Positions 27,790 through 39,886 of a DNA stretch of 64,000 nucleotides are shown here, one piece after another. The stretch's first letter is position 1, and each line of letters starts with the position of its first letter. Position numbers and translations under genes: made by a program. This DNA is from Nymphaea colorata (lineage: Eukaryota): contig NC_045138.2 in the NCBI RefSeq assembly GCF_008831285.2, forward strand, positions 40,858,001 through 40,922,000, read 5' to 3'. A model generated the notes under the pieces. That model had not been told where the DNA came from and ran no database searches. It saw only the letters and a program-made list of their open reading frames with translations.

Positions 27790-28050
27790 TTCTAAAAAAC
27801 AACAAATAGTCAGTCACTCAACTTTTGAGACAAATTATCAAGCAGCAGCTGACTGATAGAAATCGTTAAATTTTTGTAAAATTATAAAATTACTCTTTGT
27901 AAAAAAATCACTCTTTCTTTGGCCAGCTAAAGATATTTTTTGTCATTTTATAGTAAATTTGATGTTTTTTGACAGTAAATAACTCTTTTGCGGGATTCCA
28001 TATGATTGTTAACTTTTTAAAAGTTAAGTTATGATTTGTCGTTTGTCCAA
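27790..28050. mobile_element. Possible Mutator-like (MULE) MITE relic with long degenerate inverted ends
   Basis: AACAACAAATAGTCAGTCACTCAACTTTTGA near 27800 is loosely reverse-complementary to TAAAAGTTAAGTTATGATTTGTCGTTTGT near 28020-28046. No TSD found. Confidence 0.35.
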
Positions 28051-31000
28051 ATACTAAATAACAACCAAACTAAATGAGTACTTTTATGAGCCATTGAAAA
28101 AAATAAAGGCATGCAAAGAACTAGCATCTCAATCGTCAATTTTTTTCCTTCTTGGGTGATATTCAAAATGCTGAATGGCCTTGGATGTCGTAAAAGATCC
28201 AGCAACTCATGCTTTCCCATCTTTCTTTTCCTGCATTGGATCTTAAGTCTTTGCTAGTTTTCTGTTGGCTCCAGTTTATTGTCCAACAGATTCAGAATAC
28301 GTCAACATACTTGGAAGCCATTTCTGATATCAGAGAAGATGTAAAGAAGAGGTTCGCTTTGATCGGTTCCTTTCGTCGAGTTTGGTTTTCTGCAAATTGA
28401 GTTCCCAAGGAATGGGAACGAAGGCATCATACCTGCCTTTAGCATAAACTGGTATTTTTAACATTTTTGAAAATTGATACTGTCTGACATGCTTTTTCCT
28501 TGTCTGAAATTGAACGCACGTGTCCTGCTCATCCATCTTCCTGCTTCCTGTTTCAGTTCACTGCATCCATATATTAAAAGGAAAATGATGTGTTTAATTC
28601 ATGCAGTTGTGAGTTCGAGAATCTCTCTTACAAGTTACAACTGTTCGTTGCTAACATTGCCAGTATCGGATCTATTAATTTCTCCTTCCTGTTTCTGTTG
28701 TCTTGCAGACTTCTTCTCTTTATGCTGGTTGGAAACATGGATTTTATAACTTGACCTGTTCTTTTCTAACTCCTAAACCCTGCTTTGTCGCCTGCTGTGA
28801 TTCGTATTCCGCACTCCGCAGTTGTTGCCTGCCTTGCCTTGAAAAATAAAAGAACAGATATGTGACTGTCAATATGTGCAGATAGCCGATCGCCAAAAGA
28901 ACCACATGGTCGGTGCATCTTCACTAATTTCTAGGTCTTGGCTGACATCCATAACATGATCAAGGTGGTAATGTTGAATCTTTGAAGTTCTCTGTATAAG
29001 TGGTAGCTTGGTATTTGCAAGTTTAATGCTTCTTTCCTGTTACTGTTTCCTTGTGATCAGGGCATTGACAAATTATCACAGAGACCGAACTCGCGGTGAA
29101 GCAAGAACAAGTGGTAACATGATCCGAGTTTTATTTGTGGATCTAATTGAAAACGAGCAGTATGATGATTCGGTGATGGTTGTTTTCATTTGAGGTGATA
29201 AATTAAGATGATGTTGGGGAAGACGGTGCCTGCCCTCCTTGTTGATGACAAAGACATTTCAATGCTTTGGAGTGAGTAGAAGGAATACGTCATCTTCAGT
29301 GTGTTGGGATAGCACTGCTTTAACTTGGGTATCGGTTTTCTTCCCTCTGCAACACATGGTGTTGATGTCACCGAAGCTCAAAACTTAACTCCCTCCATGT
29401 GCATTCCACTGTCCCCATGTAAGTACAGATTCACGGATTGCTTCTATCTCTCTGCAAGTGCGCTTTTGAAAGAGAGAGATCTGGCCATATAGCTTTATTT
29501 TTCATCTTCTTCTGACTGGGCTGAACAATGAACTGAGCAGCATCTTGTGGCTCCGCCTCTGTGTGCCTTGGTAGGAACACTTCCAATATGTTCGGTCCTT
29601 AAGATAAAACCTGCTTTCACCAACTGAGGGTGTGGATCAATGGGCCTAAATCCTTTTCCCAAAAGATTTGGTGAAAAAATGCAGTTGATCTGCCGGCAGT
29701 TTAAGAGAACTGCTGCTTTGAATTTCTTCAAGCCACCATTAAGAGGTTGAAAAGCAGTTTTCTAATCCAGCAGAGAAAGGGAAAGAGGTGTCATTATCAT
29801 TTCCTTTAATAAGAAATCTTTGAGCTGGGAGCTAAAGCAGAATTTCAAAGACGGGTCCTTGTTTGACAATTTCCCTTTTTCGAACAGAGACCTCTTGAAA
29901 GCAATATGGATTCTCCATGGCCGCACTTTTTTAGCAACATCTTACTCAACTATGCCAACCATTCACCTTTTACTTTGGATTACTAAAATCCATTAATCCA
30001 GAATCTAACCTGTACGGGATCAGCTAAAATTCATCCGAAAGCATTTGTGAATTAATCCAAATAAAAAACGAAACAATTAAAACCCAGAAAATTTTGAAGA
30101 AAGACATGAAAACATTATATATATAATATAAAAGAAAAGAAAAAATTATAAAAAGCCCCCCAAAAAGTGTGAGCAATGTCCCTTAAAAGTTCTCTCAGTT
30201 TTATTTATATTGGAGTTTTTCTTCCAAGGTGTGATTGTATTTGTGAAATGTGAATAGATTATTATGTTAGCCAGTGTTAGCGGTACGAAATGACAGAGCT
30301 ACCCTTAAGGTAAAAAGAAAACTTCCCATGAACCGTGAGCACAAATGCTGAATTAAAAAAAAATCATTTCATATAAAAAGACGAAAATGACCCTCCCATA
30401 AAACGGTGGAGCAGAGGTTCCCGTGTTAGCCACCAAACACGGAAATCAGACTGAAGTGTCTCTCTACCAATGAGCGAAGGAGGCCTTCAAAAGGCTACGA
30501 GTTAAAATATTTAAAAGAGAAACTCGCAATGATAAAAAGTTGAAGATCAGCTGCAAGGAAGCTTCTGCCTCCGATGTTAGATTCCAAAGCATAAAAGAAA
30601 AAAAAAAAATGTGTACATGATCAGTAGATTGCAGCGGTAATAAAAGAACTAGACCAACAAAAGTACAAGATGAACTTGGTAGAAGCAGAAAAGGAGAAAA
30701 AGGAAGAGGGTTGGGGGATTTGGAAAAAGATGAGATGAAGGATTCCGAAAGAAAAGCAGCTCTCTCTCTGTGTTTGTGGGATTTGCTTTGGTTTTGGTCA
30801 AGCTAGCAGTTGCCAGTTGATAAGATAATTTGTGCAGTGTTGAAATAAGTGGTGCTGAGGAAGGAGGAAGGAGCGTCGCTTCCCCACACTTAATGGTCGC
30901 AAAGCAGCAGAGCAGATAGCAGCAGTCTGTAAAAAGACGTTTGTATTGAACCCTGAACTTGGTGCTTCCCTGCTGCGTTGAAAAGTACAGTTTATTTTCT

Positions 31001-33897
31001 TGGAACAGTGTGCAAAGCAGCAAGCCCACCGACTGCAACTGCGCCTGCATGCGTTTCTTCCCACAGGCAGCATGGAATATATAGAAAGAGAGAGAGAGTG
31101 TGTGTGTGTGTGTTATGCAAGCGCGCACCACGCATCTTCATATAGGTGGTACGACCAGCCTCTCTTTTAGACCCCTTTTTTTTGCACAAGGAGGAAGGAG
31201 AAATCAATCAGAAGATTAGAAAGAGCAAGCGGCAGCTCCCCCTTTCTTGAGCCTCTGTCAAAAAGGTTGGCTGCCCATATGCTATGTGCAGCCTTTTCTG
31301 TTCAACTCTCTCTCTTTCTATCTCTAGAGGAGGGAGTTCAGGTAAATTAATACATGAAAGAGAGGGAGGAGGAGGTGAGTATGGGTGTTGATGCGTGACT
31401 AATCGGCAGCAGAGACGGTGCAGAGACAGGGACGTACCTTCTGCTCTGCCGCTGCTGCTGCAGGATTCGGTTTGAACATGCAACCATGAGGCCCCGCGTG
31501 CACCCGCTTCTCAGCAAAACACCAACCAGAATCTCTCTCTCTTGTAGGTACCGCGGAACCGCGGACGATGAGCCCAGGAGCTCACTGCTCAGTACTTGAT
31601 TCGATTGGTTCTGAGTGTTCAGTCTATCTGCGGAACCAATTTGTTGCAGGAAGTAGGAAAAATCCGGCGGTTCATTTTCTCCTTCGTGCAAAGTAGTTTG
31701 TATATTAATTACATGAAAAGATCGAACTCTCAGAGAGAGAGAGAGAGGTCCTTTCACCAGCGTGACTGACGTGAAGCCTTTTTTTCTTTCTTTGTACAGC
31801 CAACAATTTCTAACCCAGTTTTGCTTTACAAAAAAAACTTAAAAGAAAAGTTTTTTTTTTTGCGTGAGATTTTGCCGGAGGGCCTACCCCTCACCCCTCA
31901 GCAAGTTTTCAGCAAGTTTTCACCGGAAGTCTATATTATTCTTTTTTCTGCGATTCTTTTCCTCAACTCCCATTTCAGGAAAGATAAAGCTATTGTCTTC
32001 GATGTCCTGATGTGATCAAATAAAACAATCGCTTTGATAATGAAAAGACTTTTTTAATTCCCCATCTTATGCGCTTTGGTGGTACAAGCCTCGGAGCACT
32101 TCTCTTGATCAGGCAGACTCCCCAGTTTGTCTGGCCGCAGGCAAGGCTTCATTTGTGTGTCTAACTTATGAGATCTTGTCCACAAATTGCAAAAGGCAAT
32201 GCTTGAAGTCCCATCATGGCTTGGAGCAGACCAGAAGACCAAGGGCTCTTTCTATAGTTGCCAATTAATATATGCAAATAGAAGGAAGCAAAATGGAAAA
32301 AGCACATGTCCAAAAGTTACCACCTTTACATAATTGAGATGTGACTCAACCAAAACAAATCCAGAGCCGAGTTTGAAAAGAGGGAGGAGGATTCTTAGGA
32401 ACTATAGTCTTAAGCAAAGAGTTTTCTCAATCTAAAGGTGAGTCATGTGATTTTGCTATTACAAGCTTTGTGAAGAAATGCTACCTCATCACTTCAAGTA
32501 CTTTGAGTACTATACAGGCACGGGAACACAGTGCAATACTTAGATTACAGGAAACTACTCGGTTCAAGCAGTTTAATATTTTCAACTTCTGTTTACAATC
32601 TTGTGTTCCAAAGTTGTAAAAAGAAGGAAACGAATTGAATTTGAAAACTAAGCTCTGCCATGTTCAATTGGTATAATGCTGGTCAAGCGGTGCTGAGTCC
32701 TGAGCTGAATGCACTGAAAATGGCAGGAGGCGTGGAGGTAAAGGGAACACAAATTCACATGACTCGGTCGAGAGATTCCCGTTTCTATGGCGGCAAGAGA
32801 AAAGAGTGAGGAGTTGCACCTGTCAAATCAGAGGCCAGCCAGGGTAGCCCAACAGTCACCTTTCCTTCACATCAAGGTGCTCTGCTACTGAAGAAAGAGG
32901 ACCTCCTGGCTTTCCCACCTATCGTCTAGACCTTTCTATTTTGTGCCGATCGCAGCGATTACGCACTTGGTCTTTGTCTAGACCCGAAGGTTGTCTGTTT
33001 CCCTGAAACTCTTTCGTAATCAGATGATGCTGCTCCCACTCGTCTCTTTCTTTCTTCCAAACTGTGACCCATTAGTTTTCCCATCCAAACAGACAGCACG
33101 CCCTCCCCTGACGATCGATGTCTTTCTGTCGTCTCTTTCGCTCTTTTAAATTCTCATCGTTTTCATTTTCCATCTAAACATGCACGCTTCGCAACTGGAC
33201 CTTCATGGCGCTTCTATCTCGCTCCCCACGCGTTTCTCAGAACCCTTTTCCAATGCGTTCCTTTTTTCTGTAAGAGTAACGTACGCTTTTTTCTTTAGCT
33301 TTTGCACCATCAAGCCTGTAGATCGATTCACGTTATTCTGTTCACGTCATTTTTCTTTCACTGGGACTTCGACGGCGGTTTAATTTCACATTTAGACGTC
33401 GTTTTCCATTTGCTTTTCAAAGCTCTCGTATGTTATTCTTTCATCGGCTCCGCAATCAAATCCAACTTACACGCATTCCTGAATTTAAGCACCAATCTAC
33501 ACGGTCTCCCATATATGTATTTCAATGACACACACTTCATACAAGTCCAGAACCAAGTAAAAGACTCATGGTAAATCCGCTTGGGTTCTCTTTCTCTAAG
33601 AAATAGAAGAGGGCATACACTGCTGTCTCTGTCTCTCTCATACGTATCACTAGCTGACCCATATTAGCTATAAATTAAGTCTTTGAAACACAAGGAAGAG
33701 TGTGGTATATCAGTAGAAAGGTCAGGCTGATACAAGATTAAATATTAGTAAGTACAACGTCATAGCAATCCAGCCAAGCGAACAATGGAGGAAAAGACCA
33801 AACTGATATTGAGCGTATCTAACAACGTATGCATGATACGGCCATGGATGGCCATCTCCCATGCACAGAGAGAGAGAGAGAGAGAGATTCATTCGTT

Positions 33898-34761
33898 TCA
33901 GTAAGGAGGAGGCCTAGAAGAAGAGGGGGGCACCCACGTGAAGGCGTCATGGTGAGGAAGTTGACAACTCAGTGGGTTATACATCGACATGGAGCACGCT
34001 TCCATCTCCGCATCGGTCTCCTTCTTAACGCCGTTACCACCACCTCCACTACTTGTCCTGGCGTCGCCGGATTCATCGTCATTCGCCGGCAGCCGGTGGA
34101 AAGAGGGGTTGTTGAACGCAGCTGCAATGAGGACCACGGGGCTGGCAGCCACCAGACTGCCGGCGACTGTTCCACCGACGACCTGGCCCTGGGCTCCGGC
34201 GAGGCTGATGGTGAACGAGGAGGAGGCAGGAGGGGATGAGGGAGAGGAGGGAAGCAGGTAGGTCCCGCTGAGTGAGAGGATGTCAAAGCGGCCGTGAAAG
34301 GTAATGGTGCCGGCCGGAGATCGTCCGGAGGAGGCCACGGCCGTAGAGTTATGAAGCGACACATTGGCAACCGTCCCCCGGCCGCTGATGACGCAGAGGC
34401 CGAGGTGGTGGCGCTGCGCGAAGCGGGCGACGCTCTCCACCACGTCGCAGCCGGCGGCAAGCTCCAGGACGTGAGGGCGCATGGCGTTCTCCGCGTCGCG
34501 CGTGATCACGATGGGCGGCTTCGGCTTGTTCTTGGAGCCCGGAGGGCGGCCGCGTGGCTTCCGCGCCACGTCGATCGTCCCCATCGTCGCCGCCGCCGCT
34601 GTCGCAGCGCTCCTCTGCACTCTCCCAGCTGCACTGCCGGGAGTACACCCTCCACCCGTGCTTCCGCTCTCCGCCTCCTCGTCCTCCGACGTCGCGGCGC
34701 ACTCCCGCCCTCCCCTCCCAACCACCACCGCCGCCGCTCCTCCCCCCATGTATTCCGCCAT
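33898..34761 (-). CDS. AHL: AT-hook motif nuclear-localized protein (single AT-hook plus PPC/DUF296, intronless clade-A type), 287 aa
   Basis: AT-hook RKPRGRPPGSKNKPK. PPC domain MRPHVLELAAGCDVVESV...FHGRFDILSLSG...ISLAGAQGQVVGGTVAGSLVAASPVVLIAAAF. GC-rich single ORF. Confidence 0.95.
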   Translation of the reverse strand: MAEYMGGGAAAVVVGRGGRECAATSEDEEAESGSTGGGCTPGSAAGRVQRSAATAAAATMGTIDVARKPRGRPPGSKNKPKPPIVITRDAENAMRPHVLELAAGCDVVESVARFAQRHHLGLCVISGRGTVANVSLHNSTAVASSGRSPAGTITFHGRFDILSLSGTYLLPSSPSSPPASSSFTISLAGAQGQVVGGTVAGSLVAASPVVLIAAAFNNPSFHRLPANDDESGDARTSSGGGGNGVKKETDAEMEACSMSMYNPLSCQLPHHDAFTWVPPSSSRPPPY

Positions 34762-35900
34762 CTTCCTAGATGATCGGTGCTGCGTGAGAGCTGATAATGA
34801 CAGGAAGCGAAAGCAGAGTCTCAGAAGAAAGCAAAAAACAAGAGAGAGAGAGTGACAGAGAGAAGTTTGGCTTTCGCAGATAAAACTGCGGGAATCACTT
34901 GGGATTTTATAATATAAAAGAATGAGAAAAGCGTACGCAGAGGAAAAGGAAAATAGGGTTTTGTCTTATCGATGGGAAAAGGTGGAGGGAGAGTGAGCAG
35001 AAGAAGAAGAGGAAGAGGGATGAGAAGCGAGAGACTCGTTGATTTAATGCCCATTACGGTGGCCGTGGCCCCACATCTCGGTGGGCCCCACACCCTCTTT
35101 CTCTAAAAGCATCGTTCTTTGACATGACCATCGTGTTCATATGATAGATTTTCGCAAGTTTGAACTCAGAACAGCGTCTGCAGTTGGACCAACCTTGGAA
35201 CTTGGACCCGGTCCAATCACAACCCAGCCTCTTTGGTTACAACTTGCTTATCAATTAACATTATATTTTTGGCAATGCAGAAAAAGTCGATGCTTTTAAA
35301 ATTTGAAAGAAAAATCGACTACTTATCAACCTATGTTGATGCTGTTAAAATGAAAATCACTGTTGTGCCAACCCCATGCTTCATTTACTTGAGTTTCAGA
35401 GAGAAGCAGCAAAAAATGGGACGTTGAGGATGAAAATTTCCTTCAAACTTTCTGAAAAGTGCGCTACTCGTTTCTAAAGGATCAATTCCGCAAGCTGACA
35501 ATCGATCTCGAAAGATGGACGGCCGCCGCTGCGATTCTTTCCGGCGAAACGCCGTGAACGGCCGGTTGCCATGATCCAATTGGGCCAACCTTGGGGCCGA
35601 AGTATTCTATGTTCGATGGAGGCTCCTTTTTGTCGGACAAACTTATCGAACCGGGGTCCCGTCCCCAAGTGCTTTTCCCTCTTATGGCATAAGGAATCTC
35701 ACTTTACTACTCCCTTCGGCTAAAAGATGTATCGTTATCGACTTAGCCTTCCGACTTCTTAAGTACCAAAGCCAAAGCCAAAGCTTTCATGTACAGCTGC
35801 TAAGGTATACTTCTTTTTCTTCAGCCAGTTCCATGAGAAATTCAAATCCCCCGAATTCCAAACACCAAATATCATATATGCATTTCTATTAGGTCACAAG

Positions 35901-36065
35901 TAGGGGTGGAGCGAAGACATGGCCCTGGGCCCACCTTAAAAAAAAAATCTTTTTAAAACATTTACATTAAAAAGATTTACTTGAAATATATAAAAATTTT
36001 GAAAAATGATACATTTTAGCCCCTAATCAAAATTTAGAAACATTAAATTGGCCAGCCCACCCCTA
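35901..36065. mobile_element. hAT-type MITE, 165 bp, with intact TIRs and TSD
   Basis: Perfect 9-bp TIRs TAGGGGTGG / CCACCCCTA and a perfect 8-bp TSD GTCACAAG (35893-35900 and 36066-36073). The interior TATATAAAAATTTTGAAAAATGATA recurs inverted near 27478-27502. Confidence 0.9.
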
Positions 36066-36314
36066 GTCACAAGCATTATTATATTTTTTGCTACTATAAT
36101 ATTACCCCGAACCTTTGCGTTTAAAAGGGAAACACGATCTTGTATATGTTTGTGTTGGAAATGGTTGAGCTACAATGCGGCCAAAGGTGTAGAAGACCCT
36201 TTGTCTCTGAATGATTGAGTTTTCGTGTGTTTTGAGGGGGGCTCGTCCTTAACAAGAACAACCTCCTTGTGTTTTCGTGTGTTGCGTTCTTTTTTCTTCT
36301 TAAAGCCTCAAGAG

Positions 36315-36759
36315 TAGGGGTGGGTATCGGGCCTGTTCACAAAAAATCAGGCCCAGCCCGGCCCGTTACAAAGAGAGGGAGAGGGGAAGGCGCTGGAAGG
36401 CGTTGGCCTTCCGTTGGAGGGCGACGGCAGGGAAGGGAGGCCACCGGCTGGTTCGCCGTCGTCGGACGGCACCGTGCGACCCACCGGTGCCCACCCACAG
36501 CCTGCCGGTGGCTTCCTCGCCGGTTTTGGGCGGGCGACGGCCGACAATGGCCTACCGTCCTGGCACGACCCGTCGGCGGCCACCCACGCTGTTGGGTGGC
36601 TTGCTCCTCGTCCCCATCGCTGCCTCCGGCCTTCTCTCCTTCTCCTCCCTCTGCTTGCTCATCGACACGACAACGTCAATCTAACGGGCCGTCGGGCCGG
36701 GCTTAGAAAGTGATAACCAGGCCCGACCCGTTAAGATATCGGGCCGACGCCCAGGCCTA
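36315..36759. mobile_element. GC-rich hAT-type MITE, 445 bp
   Basis: Ends are TAGGGGTGGGTATCGGGCC and GGCCGACGCCCAGGCCTA. The 8-bp TSD is CTCAAGAG / CTAAAGAG (7/8). Subterminal GGCCCG/CGGGCC motifs are present. Confidence 0.85.
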
Positions 36760-37389
36760 CTAAAGAGGTCCAAAGCCCCCCATATTTCCTTTGCTTTTGG
36801 GGTTTTGCATTTGTGTTTAGAGATGGTAATTGTGCACCATTTAACTTTGGTAATATATCCTACCACTTAAGGCCAAAAAGTATAGCACAGAACTAAAGAC
36901 CACACCAACACCAACTACACTCAAATGGCCATTTCATTTCTCTGTAGAGTAATTAATTTGTGAAGAAGCAATCCGACCCTCTGGTGGTCTAAGCTTTTAA
37001 AGGAAAAAGAAGGCATTACTTTTTCTTTTGTGCAGCCGATCAGGCTGGAGGAAAAGGCCTGGGTCCTTAGGGCAGCAGCACCTAGCCCACTGATCAGTAC
37101 AAGTGGCATAGGAGACTCACATGCCAAATAAAACAACTCCACCTTTTTCCTGCATGCATTCGCCCAAGTGGCAATATATGTTTATTCGAATAATATATGT
37201 GTATTATTATCTGCATTCATATGAATGTACATTGTTGTAGCTATTGAATATGGCTAAGTCCCAATTCTGCATGAGCCGCCACTGATGGGAGAGGTCTCCT
37301 GCGGCAGTACCAGATAAGAAGCAAAGGAACAGAGAGCGATAGAGAGAACAAATGAGGGAGGGAGTTCTCAATTTCAGGGTTTGCCAAGG

Positions 37390-37702
37390 TAGGGCTGCTC
37401 GAGCTCGAGTTTTGGCTCGATTAACCACAAACCGCCGAAGATTGGTTTGAGCCGAGATTACCCATTTCAGCAATCTTTTTTTTTTTATAATTTTATGAAA
37501 CTTATTTTATATGTTTTATTTCTCGAACTTAACGGACTTCAACCGAGCCGAGCCCAATCAACTCAAGCTCGGCTCGTTTAAGTTGTTGAGTTCATTTTTT
37601 AACTCGAACTCAACTCGTTTAATAAATGAGTCGAGCTCCAGTCAAGTTTATCGAGCGAGTTCGAGTCGATCTCATGTTAATTCAACTCGTTGAACAGCCC
37701 TA
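37390..37702. mobile_element. hAT-type MITE (AGCTCG/CGAGCT-rich family)
   Basis: TIRs are TAGGGCTGCTCG / TGAACAGCCCTA, with dense CTCGAG/AACTCG repeats. The TSD is degraded. Confidence 0.75.
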
Positions 37703-38349
37703 CCTCAAGAGCATAGAATTGCAAGAGTCATCAGCATTATTGAGGATTGTTGGGCAACGGTAAAAAAAAAAAAAAGCACTTGAATTTCCCTACCATTTAG
37801 ACTTGGCAATTGCGATATTAGGAGAGGAGTTAAAACATGAGAGTATCGAGACTAGTGTCTCCAAGGGTACATAGTCTTTAAAGATATGAGGACGTTTGAT
37901 TCGTTGAGACGCAAACACGAAGACACGCACCCATCCTGGCTCCTGCTAGGAGACACACACTCTCTATCTACTCTTTCTCAGAGGGTCTTGGCTTTTTCTT
38001 AACAAAAGAACCTGGACATTTCATATTCGAGCAAAAATTTACTTAGTTTATATGTATGACTGTTTGGTTTATGTTAAATCAAACATGAACAATTAAGTAC
38101 CAACTGTTTTTTTTTTTTTTCCGCACGAAACATTAACGTAGAGAAATCCAAATGTATGCAAAGTCCAATATATCTAGGTGTTGTTTTCATAAAAATGAGG
38201 TATGCATGCTTAATCCAATGAGAATTTAGACCTAAAACATGAATCTTGTAAAGATCTGATCCATCCAATTAGGGATAAAAAATTGAACATATCGTGTATC
38301 CAACTTGACAAAACTTTAAGTGCACAAACCCAATTAAACTCAACTTTGA

Positions 38350-38736
38350 TGTCACAACCGAAAAGTTTGGTTGAATAATAGGAAGACTTCTAAAAAGAGG
38401 TTGTTAAGTGATTGGTTTGTCCTGGTTCCTATTCTTTTTTAGATTGAAGACAAGTTGTTAGGGAGAGGATTATGATCCGTCAAATTGGGTTGTGACATTT
38501 GGTATCAAAGCTGATTCAATACTTAAACTTGCGGTTATTTGTGCAAACACATGTGCCTTGAAGAGGGTGAATTATTACAACATCCAATTTAGACTTACAC
38601 TTAAAAGATTGTGAAGAATCATAAGAGACTTATAAATGAGTTGTTAGATAATTAATTGTCTTGATTCACAGCTTTTTGAGGCTGAAACCAAAACTATTAA
38701 GAAACAGGTTGGAATCTACCAAACAAGATCATGACA
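38350..38736 (+). mobile_element. TRIM-like miniature LTR retroelement
   Basis: LTR1 (38350-38497) has perfect 10-bp inverted ends TGTCACAACC / GGTTGTGACA. A tRNA-Met-type PBS TGGTATCAAAGC lies at 38500-38511 and a PPT-like GAAGAGGGTGAA at 38560-38571. The degenerate LTR2 runs about 38573-38736 and ends ...ATGACA. There is no coding region. Confidence 0.78.
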
Positions 38737-39886
38737 CTTGGCCACGCCTGTCTACTAACCATTTTGGACAATTACAGCTGGGCTCATGGATATGCCAGCC
38801 GGTCGGGCTCTTCTCTCAGGCTCCAAAAAAATAGGATAGGGAGACAAAGTGGAAGTCACCATGCATTTACTTTCCCTGAAAAAAACTTGAAGGACAACTT
38901 TGAAAAAAACCAGAGGTAGTAGGTAATGGAGCCTATTATGGACGAAGTTAAAAAAAAATAAAGAACCACCAAGTCGAAGGTATGCGGACCCTTGAATTCG
39001 AGCTGCTGATAATATTAAGCTAGTCTCATGCATGTCATGTTGGTGGTCCTCATTAGAGATCAGGATGAGAGATGCCGAATATCCCGCCATTAATGAAGGC
39101 GAGAAGGTGGCATACAGAGAAAATTGAATGTGGCCCCATTTGCTGGACAACTCTTTACCAAACCAATCGTATTTGTGCTACCAAGAATTTCAAGCTTTTC
39201 GTTTCTTTCCTTCTTCAACTCAGACCAACTACCGTTTTGTTTCCATGTGACCTGCAACTACTGTTGTCCTGTCTGGTAGTCAATAGTCATAAGCACCATG
39301 GCTACTGCTGCAAATGAATTGAATATGATATGGGGATATCTTCAACTTATCAGCTGTATCCTATTAACATAGATTGATCAACTCTATATTTAGCTGATCT
39401 GAATCTAATGCATCTGCGCTTTGATGATAATGAAGGCCGTGTTGAACTCAGTTCACCATTCTCTTGTTCACACTGTGCATGTGATTCTAGAGTGTCATCT
39501 ACCTTTTCTCTCTTCCTGCCAGTATCTATCGCTGCAACCGATGTTTCGCGAAGCAAGTATTTTAAAATATCACTGCCAGTAGTCATTGTTTCACCTTGAT
39601 TTCAAAGTAAACTCAATGTTCATATAATCTCGAGTGGCAACTTTATGTGGACATGTTACGTGCTTTGTAGTTTGTGCTATACTAAGATTACTACCAATTA
39701 CATATATTTGTGGTCTATGTAATTGGTTCAGTGTTGAGAGTAAATTAACAATTACGTGAAGTACTTTCATGGCTAAGCAACACTAAAAAGAGAAATGTTT
39801 GAAATTTTACTTTAAAAATTCTAAACTTGTGTAACTTAAAAGTTGGAAAAAAGAGTTCACAATGGCTTGATGCATCTGTCATTAAC

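Noticed and set aside
26300..33800. Conserved plant miRNA or TAS3 locus in the long gene-free interval
   Set aside because: I found no match by eye to the conserved mature miRNA or tasiARF sequences I know. A manual scan can miss matches, so a miRBase/Rfam search is still advisable.
33829..34855. Many overlapping ORFs on both strands around AHL
   Set aside because: They are a by-product of high GC content and few stop codons. Only 33898-34761 has domain motifs.
36269..36713. 93-145 aa ORFs
   Set aside because: They lie inside the GC-rich MITE and show no transposase or other motifs.
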